Positions 17,936-26,391 of a DNA stretch of 33,697 bases are shown piece after piece (position 1 is the stretch's first letter; the number at the start of each line of letters is the position of its first letter). The notes below the pieces were generated by a model. That model was not told the DNA's origin and did no database searches. It saw only the letters and a list, made by a program, of their open reading frames with translations. The position numbers were made by a program, and so were the translations under genes. The DNA is taken from IMG/VR virus record IMGVR_UViG_3300020043_002519, positions 1 to 33,697 of that record. One strand, written 5' to 3'. The stretch comes from a virus (lineage: Duplodnaviria > Caudoviricetes).

Positions 17936-19766
17936 AGAAGCAAACCAACCGCAACCGATTGAGAAGGTTGATAAGAAAGGTTGGATTAAGTGGGGAACTG
18001 AGAACCTATATGCACAATTTCTAGTTGGGTTGTACTACGATAACCCTATTCACGGTGGTATAGTTAACCAAAAAATCAAGTTTATCACAGCGGGCGGTAT
18101 CGAATCGGTCAATACTGATGCCTTAACGAACGGGAAAAGCACGTATAACTACGAAGAGATTGTAGAAAACGTTGCTACCGATGCTGAAATCTTTAACGGT
18201 TGGGCGGTTGTTTACCGTAAAGACCTTGCAACGGGACAATGGTACGCTAGTCCGATCGACTTTGAACTACTTAGACAGACGGAAAACGGTGTATTTGTAG
18301 ACTATTCGGACGATTGGAGTAAGACAAATCAGAACGATAAGACAAATTATAAGCGATTTAAGTCTATTTTCTACGTTACAGATGAAGATACGGAGTGTAT
18401 TTTCTATAATATCGAACGTCCTAAGCAACGAAAACTAGACAAATCAAAGGATTTAACAGCTAATTACTACCCGTTTCCTACCTATAATGGTGCGATTACG
18501 CAGATAATGGCAGGCATTGAGATGGATTACTATACATATTCAGAGGTAATCAATGGGTATAAAGGCGGTACTGTTATCAGTTTACTTAATGGTGTACCGG
18601 ATAGCATACAAGAAGAGAACAAAATAATCGAAAGAGTTAAAGGCGAAGCAACAGACCGCGATAAACAAGGCGGTATTACGGTGCTATTTGCAGATGGTAA
18701 AGATCGCGCTCCTGAGATTAGCCAAATGAACGGCAACGATCTCGATAAGCGTTACATCGAAACGGGTAAAGAAACAATCCGTAAGATAATGATTGCGCAT
18801 GGTGTAATTAGTCCCGCTTTATTTGGTGTGTTGAGTGAAACGATGTTCGGTAGTAAGGAAGAAATGCTTATTGCTTACCAATTGTTTCAAGAGAACTACG
18901 TTAAGCACCGTCAAGATATGATTGCAGAAGGTCTTAACTGGGCTTATAAGAAACTAAACAAATTAGAGTTAGGTTTAACGTTCAAAGAATACAATTTACA
19001 GTTAGAACAAAACGTCGAAGAGGTTAATGCTGTAACTACTGCGATTAATAGCATGAGTCCATTGGTGGCAAATGCACTATTAAAAGCAATGACAATCAAT
19101 GAGCAACGTGCATTAGGTAAATTACCTCCGATTGAAGGTGGGGATACTCTTCAAACAGAAGTAGCACCCGCAGCGTTTAGTTCAGAAGATAAAGTTCTAG
19201 ATTTATTTGCAGCTTGTGGTATTCCAAAGCAAGGTGTACAAATCGTTTCAAGTCAAGAGTTCAAAGAAGATTCAAGCGAAGATGATTTTAAACGTTCGTT
19301 CTTTGGTGGGCGGTTTGAAATGAACTTAACAGATGATGACCGTAACATCTTGCAAATGATTAAGAACGGAGAAAGCTACGATGCTATTTCTAAAGCTATC
19401 GGTAAAGGAGGGGTTTACTTATCAAAGCGTTTGTTTCAATTGCAAGCGAACGGATATGTTAACGATTGGACGGTAACGGATAAAGGAGTTTCAGCTAGTG
19501 CCGTACTTGCAGATTTAGAAGTGCTATATTCTTACGAGTTAAGACCCGATGCACCCGACTTAGTACCTGGAGGAAAGTCTAGACCGTTTTGCGAAAAGCT
19601 AATTGAACTAGACCGATTATATTCACGCGAAGAGATTAACCAAATTAGTGCAAGTATAGGTAGAGATGTTTGGTATTATCGTGGCGGGTGGTATCACAAT
19701 CCTGACACGGATAAAAATACACCATCTTGTAGACATCTTTGGAAAATGAATTTAACAGTAAAATAA
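17916..19766 (+). CDS. Portal protein with C-terminal extension
   Basis: WIKWGTENLY, PIHGGIV, IMIAHGVISPALFGV portal motifs; extra C-terminal RPFC..RGG..CRHLW domain. Confidence 0.85.
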   Translation: MIRQLFREANQPQPIEKVDKKGWIKWGTENLYAQFLVGLYYDNPIHGGIVNQKIKFITAGGIESVNTDALTNGKSTYNYEEIVENVATDAEIFNGWAVVYRKDLATGQWYASPIDFELLRQTENGVFVDYSDDWSKTNQNDKTNYKRFKSIFYVTDEDTECIFYNIERPKQRKLDKSKDLTANYYPFPTYNGAITQIMAGIEMDYYTYSEVINGYKGGTVISLLNGVPDSIQEENKIIERVKGEATDRDKQGGITVLFADGKDRAPEISQMNGNDLDKRYIETGKETIRKIMIAHGVISPALFGVLSETMFGSKEEMLIAYQLFQENYVKHRQDMIAEGLNWAYKKLNKLELGLTFKEYNLQLEQNVEEVNAVTTAINSMSPLVANALLKAMTINEQRALGKLPPIEGGDTLQTEVAPAAFSSEDKVLDLFAACGIPKQGVQIVSSQEFKEDSSEDDFKRSFFGGRFEMNLTDDDRNILQMIKNGESYDAISKAIGKGGVYLSKRLFQLQANGYVNDWTVTDKGVSASAVLADLEVLYSYELRPDAPDLVPGGKSRPFCEKLIELDRLYSREEINQISASIGRDVWYYRGGWYHNPDTDKNTPSCRHLWKMNLTVK

Positions 19767-20272
19767 TGGGAGCATTTTTAACAGATATAGATAGTATTAA
19801 AGAACGCGGTTTTGTAAATAAGAACGTCGAGAATAATATTATTACAACAACGCTTAGAAGAGTACAAGATACAATGCTTTTGCCTATTTTGGGTACTACG
19901 TTTTTTAAGCGATTGTTGCAAGGTGTTGAGGACTCAGATTTAACAGCTGACGAAACAACACTACTAAACGATTATATTCTTGACTTTCTAACGGCTGCGG
20001 TGGATTACCGTATAGTTAAACCATTGTCATATGAAATACGTTCCAAAGTAGTAGGACAAGCGAAAGACGAACACATACAACCCGCTACGCAATCACAAAT
20101 AAACGAATTAGAAGATTCTTTACTTGAAGATGTGAACGTGTATAGAAATAAGCTAATCGGTTACTTGAAAGATAACTGCGAGTTGTTCCCTACCTATAAA
20201 GAATATTTGTGTACCTTTGAAACGATAGCACCGGATAAAGGTGAAACGCGAACAAGGATAAGATTTATATGA
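19766..20272 (+). CDS. Head-tail adaptor protein
   Basis: TAATG coupling to portal; helical protein with QDTMLLPILGT motif. Confidence 0.6.
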   Translation: MGAFLTDIDSIKERGFVNKNVENNIITTTLRRVQDTMLLPILGTTFFKRLLQGVEDSDLTADETTLLNDYILDFLTAAVDYRIVKPLSYEIRSKVVGQAKDEHIQPATQSQINELEDSLLEDVNVYRNKLIGYLKDNCELFPTYKEYLCTFETIAPDKGETRTRIRFI

Positions 20273-20314
20273 AGATAAGCAAGAAAGTAAAGGAAAAACT
20301 AGAGGCATACTACA

Positions 20315-20956
20315 ATGATAAAAAGTCCAAATCAAATACGACTAGAACTAGCGGAAATAGCAAGCGACCACCTACAAATAAATAGTTTTTTTTGGGGGGA
20401 CTTTCTGCGAGCGTATAAAGAGGAAGAGTTAAACTATCCTTTAATGGGTGCGTTCTATCCTAGCGGTTCGTTTCTTAAAAATCAAACTCAAATACAACTT
20501 ACAATATACGTTGCTGATAAACTTTACGATTCATGGTCGAACCTTAACGAAGTTGAAAGCGATACTTTGCAAGTTTGTAGGGACGTTTACCAAATCGTAA
20601 ACAGTTCGGCACGTTGGCAAGCTATCGGACGTGTTCAAAGTTGTACCGTTACGAAGTTTATAGACAAAGGTGGGGACGGTGTAGCAGGTCATCAAATGGT
20701 ATTCCAATTTTTGCTACGTGATCGCGATGGTATTTGCAATATTCCGATTGAAGGTTACGACTTTGAACAAATAGCGGGTTCTGTTTGTTACGCTGCAATA
20801 GTTGAAAATACAGATGCAAGCTATCAAAGTACCGTTGCGAGTGGTGCAACTTTGGTATTACCCGATACGACTTACAATTTCGTAGTGAACGGTGTAACAA
20901 CTACAACTACAATACCAACTTTAAAAAACGAAACAATTAACATAGTATGGCAGTAA
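20315..20956 (+). CDS. Tail terminator/neck-like protein
   Basis: Position in module; HLQINSFFWGD, EVESDTLQVCRD and GVAG motifs. Confidence 0.5.
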   Translation: MIKSPNQIRLELAEIASDHLQINSFFWGDFLRAYKEEELNYPLMGAFYPSGSFLKNQTQIQLTIYVADKLYDSWSNLNEVESDTLQVCRDVYQIVNSSARWQAIGRVQSCTVTKFIDKGGDGVAGHQMVFQFLLRDRDGICNIPIEGYDFEQIAGSVCYAAIVENTDASYQSTVASGATLVLPDTTYNFVVNGVTTTTTIPTLKNETINIVWQ

Positions 20957-22227
20957 CAGTAAATATACCAACAGAAGTAAGTCAAACCATTACGGATGGA
21001 GTGACCAACAAAGCACCGAGCGAAGATGCTGTATTCGATGCGTTGGCAGGAAAAGAATCGTATATTAGAAACACCAATGGCAAAAAGTGGGCTATTTATG
21101 GCGATTCATTTAGTGATGAGCCAAATGACTACGCATCACTTGTAGCTTCTAAACTTGGTTTAACAACTACAAACTACGCAGTAAGTGGATATAGATACTC
21201 GCAAGCCTTAACGGTTATTCAAGGGCAAATTGCAGGCGATGCAAATTTCTTCGATACGTTCGATTATTGTTCTATTCACTTAGGTGTAAATGATTTTGCA
21301 GGAAATCACCCACTAGGAACGGTTGAATCGTTGAGTACTGATGCAAACGTAGCCGGATATTTAAAGAAGTGTATCGAACTTATCTTAACTTCGAATCCTT
21401 TAATTACGCTTTTTATTATCACACCGCCTGAAGCAAATGGACTTGGTGTAACTTATAAAGGTACAAATACGCAAGGGTACACATTAGCACAATTAAACAA
21501 TGTGATTTCAAATATCTGTATGTATTATGGTGTTCAATGTATAGACTTATACAATACTTGTAACTTCAATCTATTTACTATACCTACTTTAACAGTCGAT
21601 GGGCTACACCCTAATGTAGATGGAAGAGAATTGATTTCTAATATCGTTGCTAGTGCGTTTAGAAATATGAATTCACAAGGTAATTCTAATAATTTGACAT
21701 ACTCAGATTTAAGAATAATTGATGCGATTAGAAAAATAACGCTAAAAGATAATACAGCTAATTCACGCTTTGATATTCACGATGGTACAAATGCTGTCAT
21801 TTCTTTAGTTGCTAATGGTCGAATTGGCGTAAATCAAACAGCACCTTCACACCCTATTCAAATAGATTCTGTATTCGCTGCTCAAGCGGATGGTGTTGTG
21901 CGTTGGGGTTCTAATGCTTTAAGTGGGAATAATAGAGGTAGTTTAAGTTGGGATAGTGGCAAAGCAACGGTAAATGGGCAGCAATCATTAGGATTGTTTG
22001 CAGGCGGTGGAGAAAGAATATTACTAGACTTATCAGGTAATCAAGTTTTAGGTACACAATCAGTACTAGCTACAAACGCTACAAACGGCTTTACACATAT
22101 TCCAACGTGCGCAGGTATTCCAACGGGTACACCTACTTTATATACTGGAAAAGTACCTATGGTATTTGATACAACAAATGGAAAACTTTATTTATATTCT
22201 GGCGGTGCTTGGATAGCAATGAATTAA
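20947..22227 (+). CDS. Virion-associated SGNH/GDSL hydrolase with fibre-like C-terminus
   Basis: Blocks GDSFS, NYAVSG, GVND and DGLHP; C-terminal MVFDTTNGKLYLYSGGAW fibre motif. Confidence 0.8.
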   Translation: MAVTVNIPTEVSQTITDGVTNKAPSEDAVFDALAGKESYIRNTNGKKWAIYGDSFSDEPNDYASLVASKLGLTTTNYAVSGYRYSQALTVIQGQIAGDANFFDTFDYCSIHLGVNDFAGNHPLGTVESLSTDANVAGYLKKCIELILTSNPLITLFIITPPEANGLGVTYKGTNTQGYTLAQLNNVISNICMYYGVQCIDLYNTCNFNLFTIPTLTVDGLHPNVDGRELISNIVASAFRNMNSQGNSNNLTYSDLRIIDAIRKITLKDNTANSRFDIHDGTNAVISLVANGRIGVNQTAPSHPIQIDSVFAAQADGVVRWGSNALSGNNRGSLSWDSGKATVNGQQSLGLFAGGGERILLDLSGNQVLGTQSVLATNATNGFTHIPTCAGIPTGTPTLYTGKVPMVFDTTNGKLYLYSGGAWIAMN

Positions 22228-22229
22228 TT

Positions 22230-22499
22230 ATGATGACACCCGATAAAATACTAGACTTCTTAAACAAAGGTGGAACACTAGCCGTAGCTATCCTTGTTTG
22301 CTCGTATGCATTTATACGAATTGAACGCTTAGAAAGGAAAACAGATAATTTGCAAGCGGTTGTAATCGACTGCTATAAAGAACGCTTAGAAGATGTATCT
22401 ATGATGAATATGTCTGCTAGTTTACCGCTACCTATTCCCAAAGAAACTTACGCAATTATGCCTAACAATCCGGTAGGAGAAATTAAACGCAAATGTTGA
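22230..22499 (+). CDS. Membrane protein of lysis cassette (holin/antiholin-like)
   Basis: One N-terminal TM segment followed by a coiled coil; ATG at 22230. Confidence 0.45.
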   Translation: MMTPDKILDFLNKGGTLAVAILVCSYAFIRIERLERKTDNLQAVVIDCYKERLEDVSMMNMSASLPLPIPKETYAIMPNNPVGEIKRKC

Positions 22500-22714
22500 A
22501 ACGAATATTCATAGAATCCACGCAAAGAAACGGCAAGTTTAGTCCTACTTTGCTTACAATGGCTGTTGCTAGTTGGTCGTTTATCTTATACGGGTGGGCT
22601 GACTTCTTTAAATCAGGCTACAATAGTGAGGTGTTTTGGGGCTTCCTTGCAGTAGGTACGGGAATTAAAATAACGGATGCGGTAAGTAAGAAACTTAAAC
22701 CAACAATGGAATGA
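22493..22714 (+). CDS. Putative holin
   Basis: 73 aa, two TM segments, basic C-terminus, upstream of the endolysin. Confidence 0.55.
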   Translation: MLKRIFIESTQRNGKFSPTLLTMAVASWSFILYGWADFFKSGYNSEVFWGFLAVGTGIKITDAVSKKLKPTME

Positions 22715-23148
22715 GAAAGATATGGGAAGAGAGGGTACTAGTAGTATTGATTCTATTAGTCGTTATTTGGATTGGATTTTTGTACGGATGTTCTGCTTCG
22801 TATCACTTAACTAAGTACCAAAAGAAGGGCGGTACGTGTGGACAAATAGACACAATTCAAACGGTACACTATGACACCGTAACAAATCGTTATTACTACA
22901 AAGATTCTTTGATAATTGTAAATGATCGCGTTGTGCCTTTCACACGTACAGAAATTCGTTACAGATACAAAACTATGCGCGATACTATTAAACTCACAGA
23001 AACGAAGATAAAGTACCAATTCAAGCAATCTAAACAACAACGCAAAGTTGACACGCAATGGAGCAAAACAATTAATTTAGTTTTAATCGTTGGTTTGGTT
23101 TTAATAATTTTGTTTATATTAGCAAAAATATTTAAACGATTTATATGA
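22711..23148 (+). CDS. Lipoprotein with C-terminal TM (unimolecular spanin-like)
   Basis: Signal peptide with lipobox LYGC and a C-terminal hydrophobic helix followed by a basic tail. Confidence 0.55.
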   Translation: MRKIWEERVLVVLILLVVIWIGFLYGCSASYHLTKYQKKGGTCGQIDTIQTVHYDTVTNRYYYKDSLIIVNDRVVPFTRTEIRYRYKTMRDTIKLTETKIKYQFKQSKQQRKVDTQWSKTINLVLIVGLVLIILFILAKIFKRFI

Positions 23149-23594
23149 AACTATCCGAACACGTAACTGTTGAAGAATTTGTAAATAGCCCAACAGCAAC
23201 GAATAGAGGTATATCTCAGAGGATGGATAGCACCACCACTCAGAAAGCGAAAGACCTATGCGAGAACGTATTTGAACCGATACGGGCTTACGTTGGTAGA
23301 CCGATTGCGATAAACTCAGGATATAGAAGTCCTGCGCTAAATCGGGCTGTTGGTGGTGCAATGTCTAGCCAACACGTTCGAGGCGAGGCAATGGATTTAG
23401 ATTTGCATGACCGCGACCTATTCGAGTGGATAATTGATAACGTTGAGTTCGATCAGTTAATAGCAGAATTTGGTAGTGGAGATCAGTTTGGATGGTTTCA
23501 TATATCATACAGAAAAGGTGCAAACCGTAAACAAGTTCTAAGGGCTACGAAAAAAAACGGTAAGGTGGTTTATTCACCATACGAAAAACACTAA
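23145..23594 (+). CDS. Endolysin, peptidase M15 family
   Basis: SGYRSPALN, SQHVRGEAMD and WFHISY zinc-ligand motifs. Confidence 0.9.
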   Translation: MKLSEHVTVEEFVNSPTATNRGISQRMDSTTTQKAKDLCENVFEPIRAYVGRPIAINSGYRSPALNRAVGGAMSSQHVRGEAMDLDLHDRDLFEWIIDNVEFDQLIAEFGSGDQFGWFHISYRKGANRKQVLRATKKNGKVVYSPYEKH

Positions 23595-23599
23595 ACTAC

Positions 23600-23623
23600 A
23601 AAGCCTCATATCGGGGCTTTTTT
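23600..23623 (+). terminator. Intrinsic terminator
   Basis: AAAGCCTC-ATATC-GGGGCTTT plus T run after the endolysin. Confidence 0.7.
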
Positions 23624-23634
23624 AATTTAACCAT

Positions 23635-24417
23635 ATGAGTATTACTAGAAAAAGAATGTTTTTCGATATTGAAACGTCTCCGAATATCGGTATCTTTTGG
23701 CGTTCCGGTTACAATTTAACAATCACACCTTACGATATTATCCAAGAACGTGCAATCATTTGCGTGTGTTGGAAATGGGAAGGCGAAGATGAAGTACATT
23801 CTTTGAAGTGGGATAAGAAACATTCCGATAAGAAACTACTTAAAGACTTCATTAAAGAACTTGAAAAAGCGGATGAAGCAATCGCACACAATGGGGATAG
23901 ATTCGATATTAAATGGCTTCGCACACGTGCATTATTTCACGGTGTTGAAATGAATCACACGCTAAACACAATTGACACGCTTAAATGGGCTAAAAGTGGC
24001 TTTAATTTCAATTCAAACAAACTAGATTACATCGCTCAATTCTTAGGAGTTGGTAAGAAAATGGAAACGGGCGGTTTAGATTTATGGAAAAGGGTATGTT
24101 TAGAGAAATGCCAGGATAGTTTACAGAAGATGGTAGACTATTGCAAGGTCGATGTTGAAATATTAGAAAAGGTATTCCACAAATTGAATCCGTATAGCAA
24201 ACCGAAAACACAATATGCAGTTTTAACCGGTGGCGAAAAGTTTGAATGCCCTGAGTGCGGAAAATTAGGACACCACAAAGACCGAAGAACAACGGCACAT
24301 GGTACGATTAAACACGGTATGCAATGTTCTGATCGCCGCACTTGCAGAAAGCAATGGAGTATTAACAATAAAACGTACATGGATTATCTACAATATAGGA
24401 TGCGAAACAATTTATAA
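23635..24417 (+). CDS. DEDD/RNase H-like 3'-5' exonuclease (YprB-like) with C-terminal zinc ribbon
   Basis: FFDIET, AHNGDRFD, YCKVDV; CPECG...CSDRRTC. Confidence 0.85.
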   Translation: MSITRKRMFFDIETSPNIGIFWRSGYNLTITPYDIIQERAIICVCWKWEGEDEVHSLKWDKKHSDKKLLKDFIKELEKADEAIAHNGDRFDIKWLRTRALFHGVEMNHTLNTIDTLKWAKSGFNFNSNKLDYIAQFLGVGKKMETGGLDLWKRVCLEKCQDSLQKMVDYCKVDVEILEKVFHKLNPYSKPKTQYAVLTGGEKFECPECGKLGHHKDRRTTAHGTIKHGMQCSDRRTCRKQWSINNKTYMDYLQYRMRNNL

Positions 24418-24435
24418 CCAAACAAACAACAACGG

Positions 24436-24463
24436 AAAGGCTCACTTATGGTGGGCTTTTTTT
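24436..24463 (+). terminator. Intrinsic terminator
   Basis: AAAGGCTCAC-TTATG-GTGGGCTTTT plus T run. Confidence 0.7.
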
Positions 24464-24517
24464 GTATAGTATAATATGCAATTACACATAAAAACGATGA
24501 AAAAGAATAATATAATA

Positions 24518-24588
24518 ACCGTTCATCATTGATATTTACCGTTCGTCACAATTTGAATAAATAATTGTTAATAAGTTCACTATCTTTG
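24518..24588 (+). promoter_or_regulatory. Early promoter with paired operator-like boxes
   Basis: ACCGTTCATCA (24518) and ACCGTTCGTCA (24538), TGTTAATAA (24566), TATCTTTG (24581). Confidence 0.65.
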
Positions 24589-24609
24589 TAGAAACCAAAT
24601 GTAAGAGAT

Positions 24610-24846
24610 ATGAATTTACAAGCACTAAAAATCAAAGCCGATTCGATGAGTTTCCTTATCCGGCAAATCGAAGTATGCCAAGCGGAAATTAACCGCTTAG
24701 AAAATCGTAAACGCATTATGACTGAACTAAACGAAGAGGGGTTTGTATTTGAATATACAGCACACGACTTCGAAGAGGTTGAATCTGAACTATCCGACTG
24801 GAGAAGAGGAATTTTACAGTACACAAATCAAATAGAAAAGTTATGA
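24610..24846 (+). CDS. Hypothetical protein
   Basis: First ORF after the promoter; coiled-coil character. Confidence 0.65.
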   Translation: MNLQALKIKADSMSFLIRQIEVCQAEINRLENRKRIMTELNEEGFVFEYTAHDFEEVESELSDWRRGILQYTNQIEKL

Positions 24847-25013
24847 ATCCACTAACTAAATGGCTACAAAGCCAAACGAAACCAACGCAAGCGGAGAACA
24901 GCTATACAGAACCGAAGCGAATTAAAATACAGTCAACAGTTGACTTAGGTAAAGGTCTTAGCTTTAACGAGAAAGCCGAGCATATTTTTAAACAAATAAA
25001 AGAATTGAGATGA
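24843..25013 (+). CDS. 56-aa hypothetical protein (not in ORF track)
   Basis: MNPLTKWLQSQTKPTQ...; ATGA overlaps at both ends and fills the gap exactly. Confidence 0.65.
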   Translation: MNPLTKWLQSQTKPTQAENSYTEPKRIKIQSTVDLGKGLSFNEKAEHIFKQIKELR

Positions 25014-25441
25014 AGGTAGGAGATAAAGTAACGTTTAGAAGATGGACTGATTCAGAAGAAACTGGATTTACATTTGTAGGGGAAAAACATATTGGAAAAG
25101 AATGCACTGTTTTAAAAGTGGATGGTAGTGATAATACGTTATTATTAATGCCTAATAAAGCTAATTCTTTTTGGATTCCAAATGTGGCTATTCAACAAAT
25201 AAAACACGAAAGAATTGGATGCAAACCATTAGATCCACTACCTAAAAAAGACAAAATTGTTAAACGTGTTTTAAAAGCATTTAAGCAACGTTCTGATATC
25301 GGAATAAAGAAGTACAACACAACGCTAGAAAGAACCGATCTAAGCACATTAGAATGGCTCACGCATCTACAAGAGGAAATGATGGATGCAACACTTTACA
25401 TTGAACGATTAAAACAAGAATATGACGCCACAACAAATTAA
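25010..25441 (+). CDS. Two-domain protein: SH3/KOW-like N-terminus plus all-alpha NTP pyrophosphatase-like C-terminus
   Basis: MKVGDKV N-terminus; RSDIGIKKYNTTL..WLTHLQEEMMDATLY with an EExxD motif. Confidence 0.5.
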   Translation: MKVGDKVTFRRWTDSEETGFTFVGEKHIGKECTVLKVDGSDNTLLLMPNKANSFWIPNVAIQQIKHERIGCKPLDPLPKKDKIVKRVLKAFKQRSDIGIKKYNTTLERTDLSTLEWLTHLQEEMMDATLYIERLKQEYDATTN

Positions 25442-25703
25442 CCAATTAGAAACGGTTACGCGTATTCAATGCTTAATGCAATGCGTATTGTACCAAATAG
25501 ATGAACTATCGAGCGACACTATATATAAGCGCGAACATAAGCAACGATTTGAGAATTTCTATACATACATATCAAAACTTGTCGAAACGCTCACAGATGG
25601 ATTTAAAAGCGAAGATAAGCAAGTACAGAAAGAAATGGAAAGTTACGTTAAGATATGTAACGAGATTGAAGAAATATTAACTAAGGTAACAATTGAAAGA
25701 TGA
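25422..25703 (+). CDS. Hypothetical protein
   Basis: 93-aa ORF overlapping its neighbours. Confidence 0.65.
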   Translation: MTPQQINQLETVTRIQCLMQCVLYQIDELSSDTIYKREHKQRFENFYTYISKLVETLTDGFKSEDKQVQKEMESYVKICNEIEEILTKVTIER

Positions 25704-26185
25704 TTAGAGTAGATTTAAAACTGTTTAAGGATTATATTGATAGTATGGGCTTTAATCAGTATACACGTAAACGAAGAGTAGTTTATTCTAGGTATGTGTG
25801 TTTCAAATTCATGAGAGATTATGGATATACATTTGAACATATTGGAGAAATGTTTGATAAGTCGAATGAAGTAGGTAAGTTAGATCATGCTACTGTATTG
25901 GCAGGTGTTAATAAATACCATGAGTTAAAATGGTATGCAGACTTTAAAGAGATTAAAGAGGATATTGAAGTAGTGTTAAAATCATTCACTTATAAGCAAT
26001 CTATATTTGATATTACTCAATACGACTTATCATTATTCAATCTTACTAGTATAGAGCGAAACATACTAGAATGTACAACAATTGCAGACTTTACAGTGTT
26101 GAAAAATATTGTTATAAAATCCAAAATATTACCTAACTTAGCTGAATCTAAAGTTTCTAACGATTCTTTTCATTTGGTAGGTTAG
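25700..26185 (+). CDS. DnaA C-terminal-like HTH DNA-binding protein
   Basis: TRKRRVVYSR, TFEHIGEMF and LDHATVL resemble the DnaA domain IV signature (DHTTV). Confidence 0.65.
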   Translation: MIRVDLKLFKDYIDSMGFNQYTRKRRVVYSRYVCFKFMRDYGYTFEHIGEMFDKSNEVGKLDHATVLAGVNKYHELKWYADFKEIKEDIEVVLKSFTYKQSIFDITQYDLSLFNLTSIERNILECTTIADFTVLKNIVIKSKILPNLAESKVSNDSFHLVG

Positions 26186-26219
26186 GTTTTAAGCGCGTCT
26201 GTAATGGATGCGCTTTTTT
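26145..26219 (+). ncRNA. Candidate antisense small RNA
   Basis: TAACTTAG promoter-like element at 26134, seed CTTTTCATTTGGT at 26166-26178 and a terminator; 5' end approximate. Confidence 0.4.
26191..26219 (+). terminator. Intrinsic terminator
   Basis: AAGCGCGTCT..GGATGCGCTT plus T run. Confidence 0.75.
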
Positions 26220-26223
26220 AATA

Positions 26224-26292
26224 ACCACTCAACACGTATAAAAACCGTTCAACACAAATTGAAAAATAGAATGTTAATAAATAGTAATTTCA
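26224..26292 (+). promoter_or_regulatory. Promoter region with paired operator-like boxes
   Basis: ACCACTCAACA (26224), ACCGTTCAACA (26244) and TGTTAATAA (26272), same spacing as at 24518. Confidence 0.55.
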
Positions 26293-26316
26293 CATAAACA
26301 AATAAATAAAAACCAA

Positions 26317-26391
26317 ATGAAAAGTAAGATTAAAACACTAAAAGAATGGATCGAAGTTGTTAACCCTAAACCTATCAGCTATGAATTATAG
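26317..26391 (+). CDS. 24-aa leader peptide (not in ORF track)
   Basis: MKSKIKTLKEWIEVVNPKPISYEL*; A-rich leader; overlaps the helicase ATG. Confidence 0.5.
   Translation: MKSKIKTLKEWIEVVNPKPISYEL

Noticed and set aside
20269-20385. 38-aa basic ORF MKISKKVKEKLEAYY... coupled to the adaptor stop
   Set aside because: Possibly real, but it mostly overlaps the 20315 gene and has no supporting motif, so it was not called.
24518-26254. Repeated ACCGTTC boxes as a mini CRISPR array
   Set aside because: The repeats are 11 nt with 9-nt gaps and occur only in pairs, far from CRISPR geometry; no cas genes are present.
26357-26380. Track start sites at 428, 598, 4340, 19739, 22209, 26357, 30168 and 32361
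   Set aside because: Downstream in-frame ATGs with stop/start coupling or A-rich leaders are more plausible.
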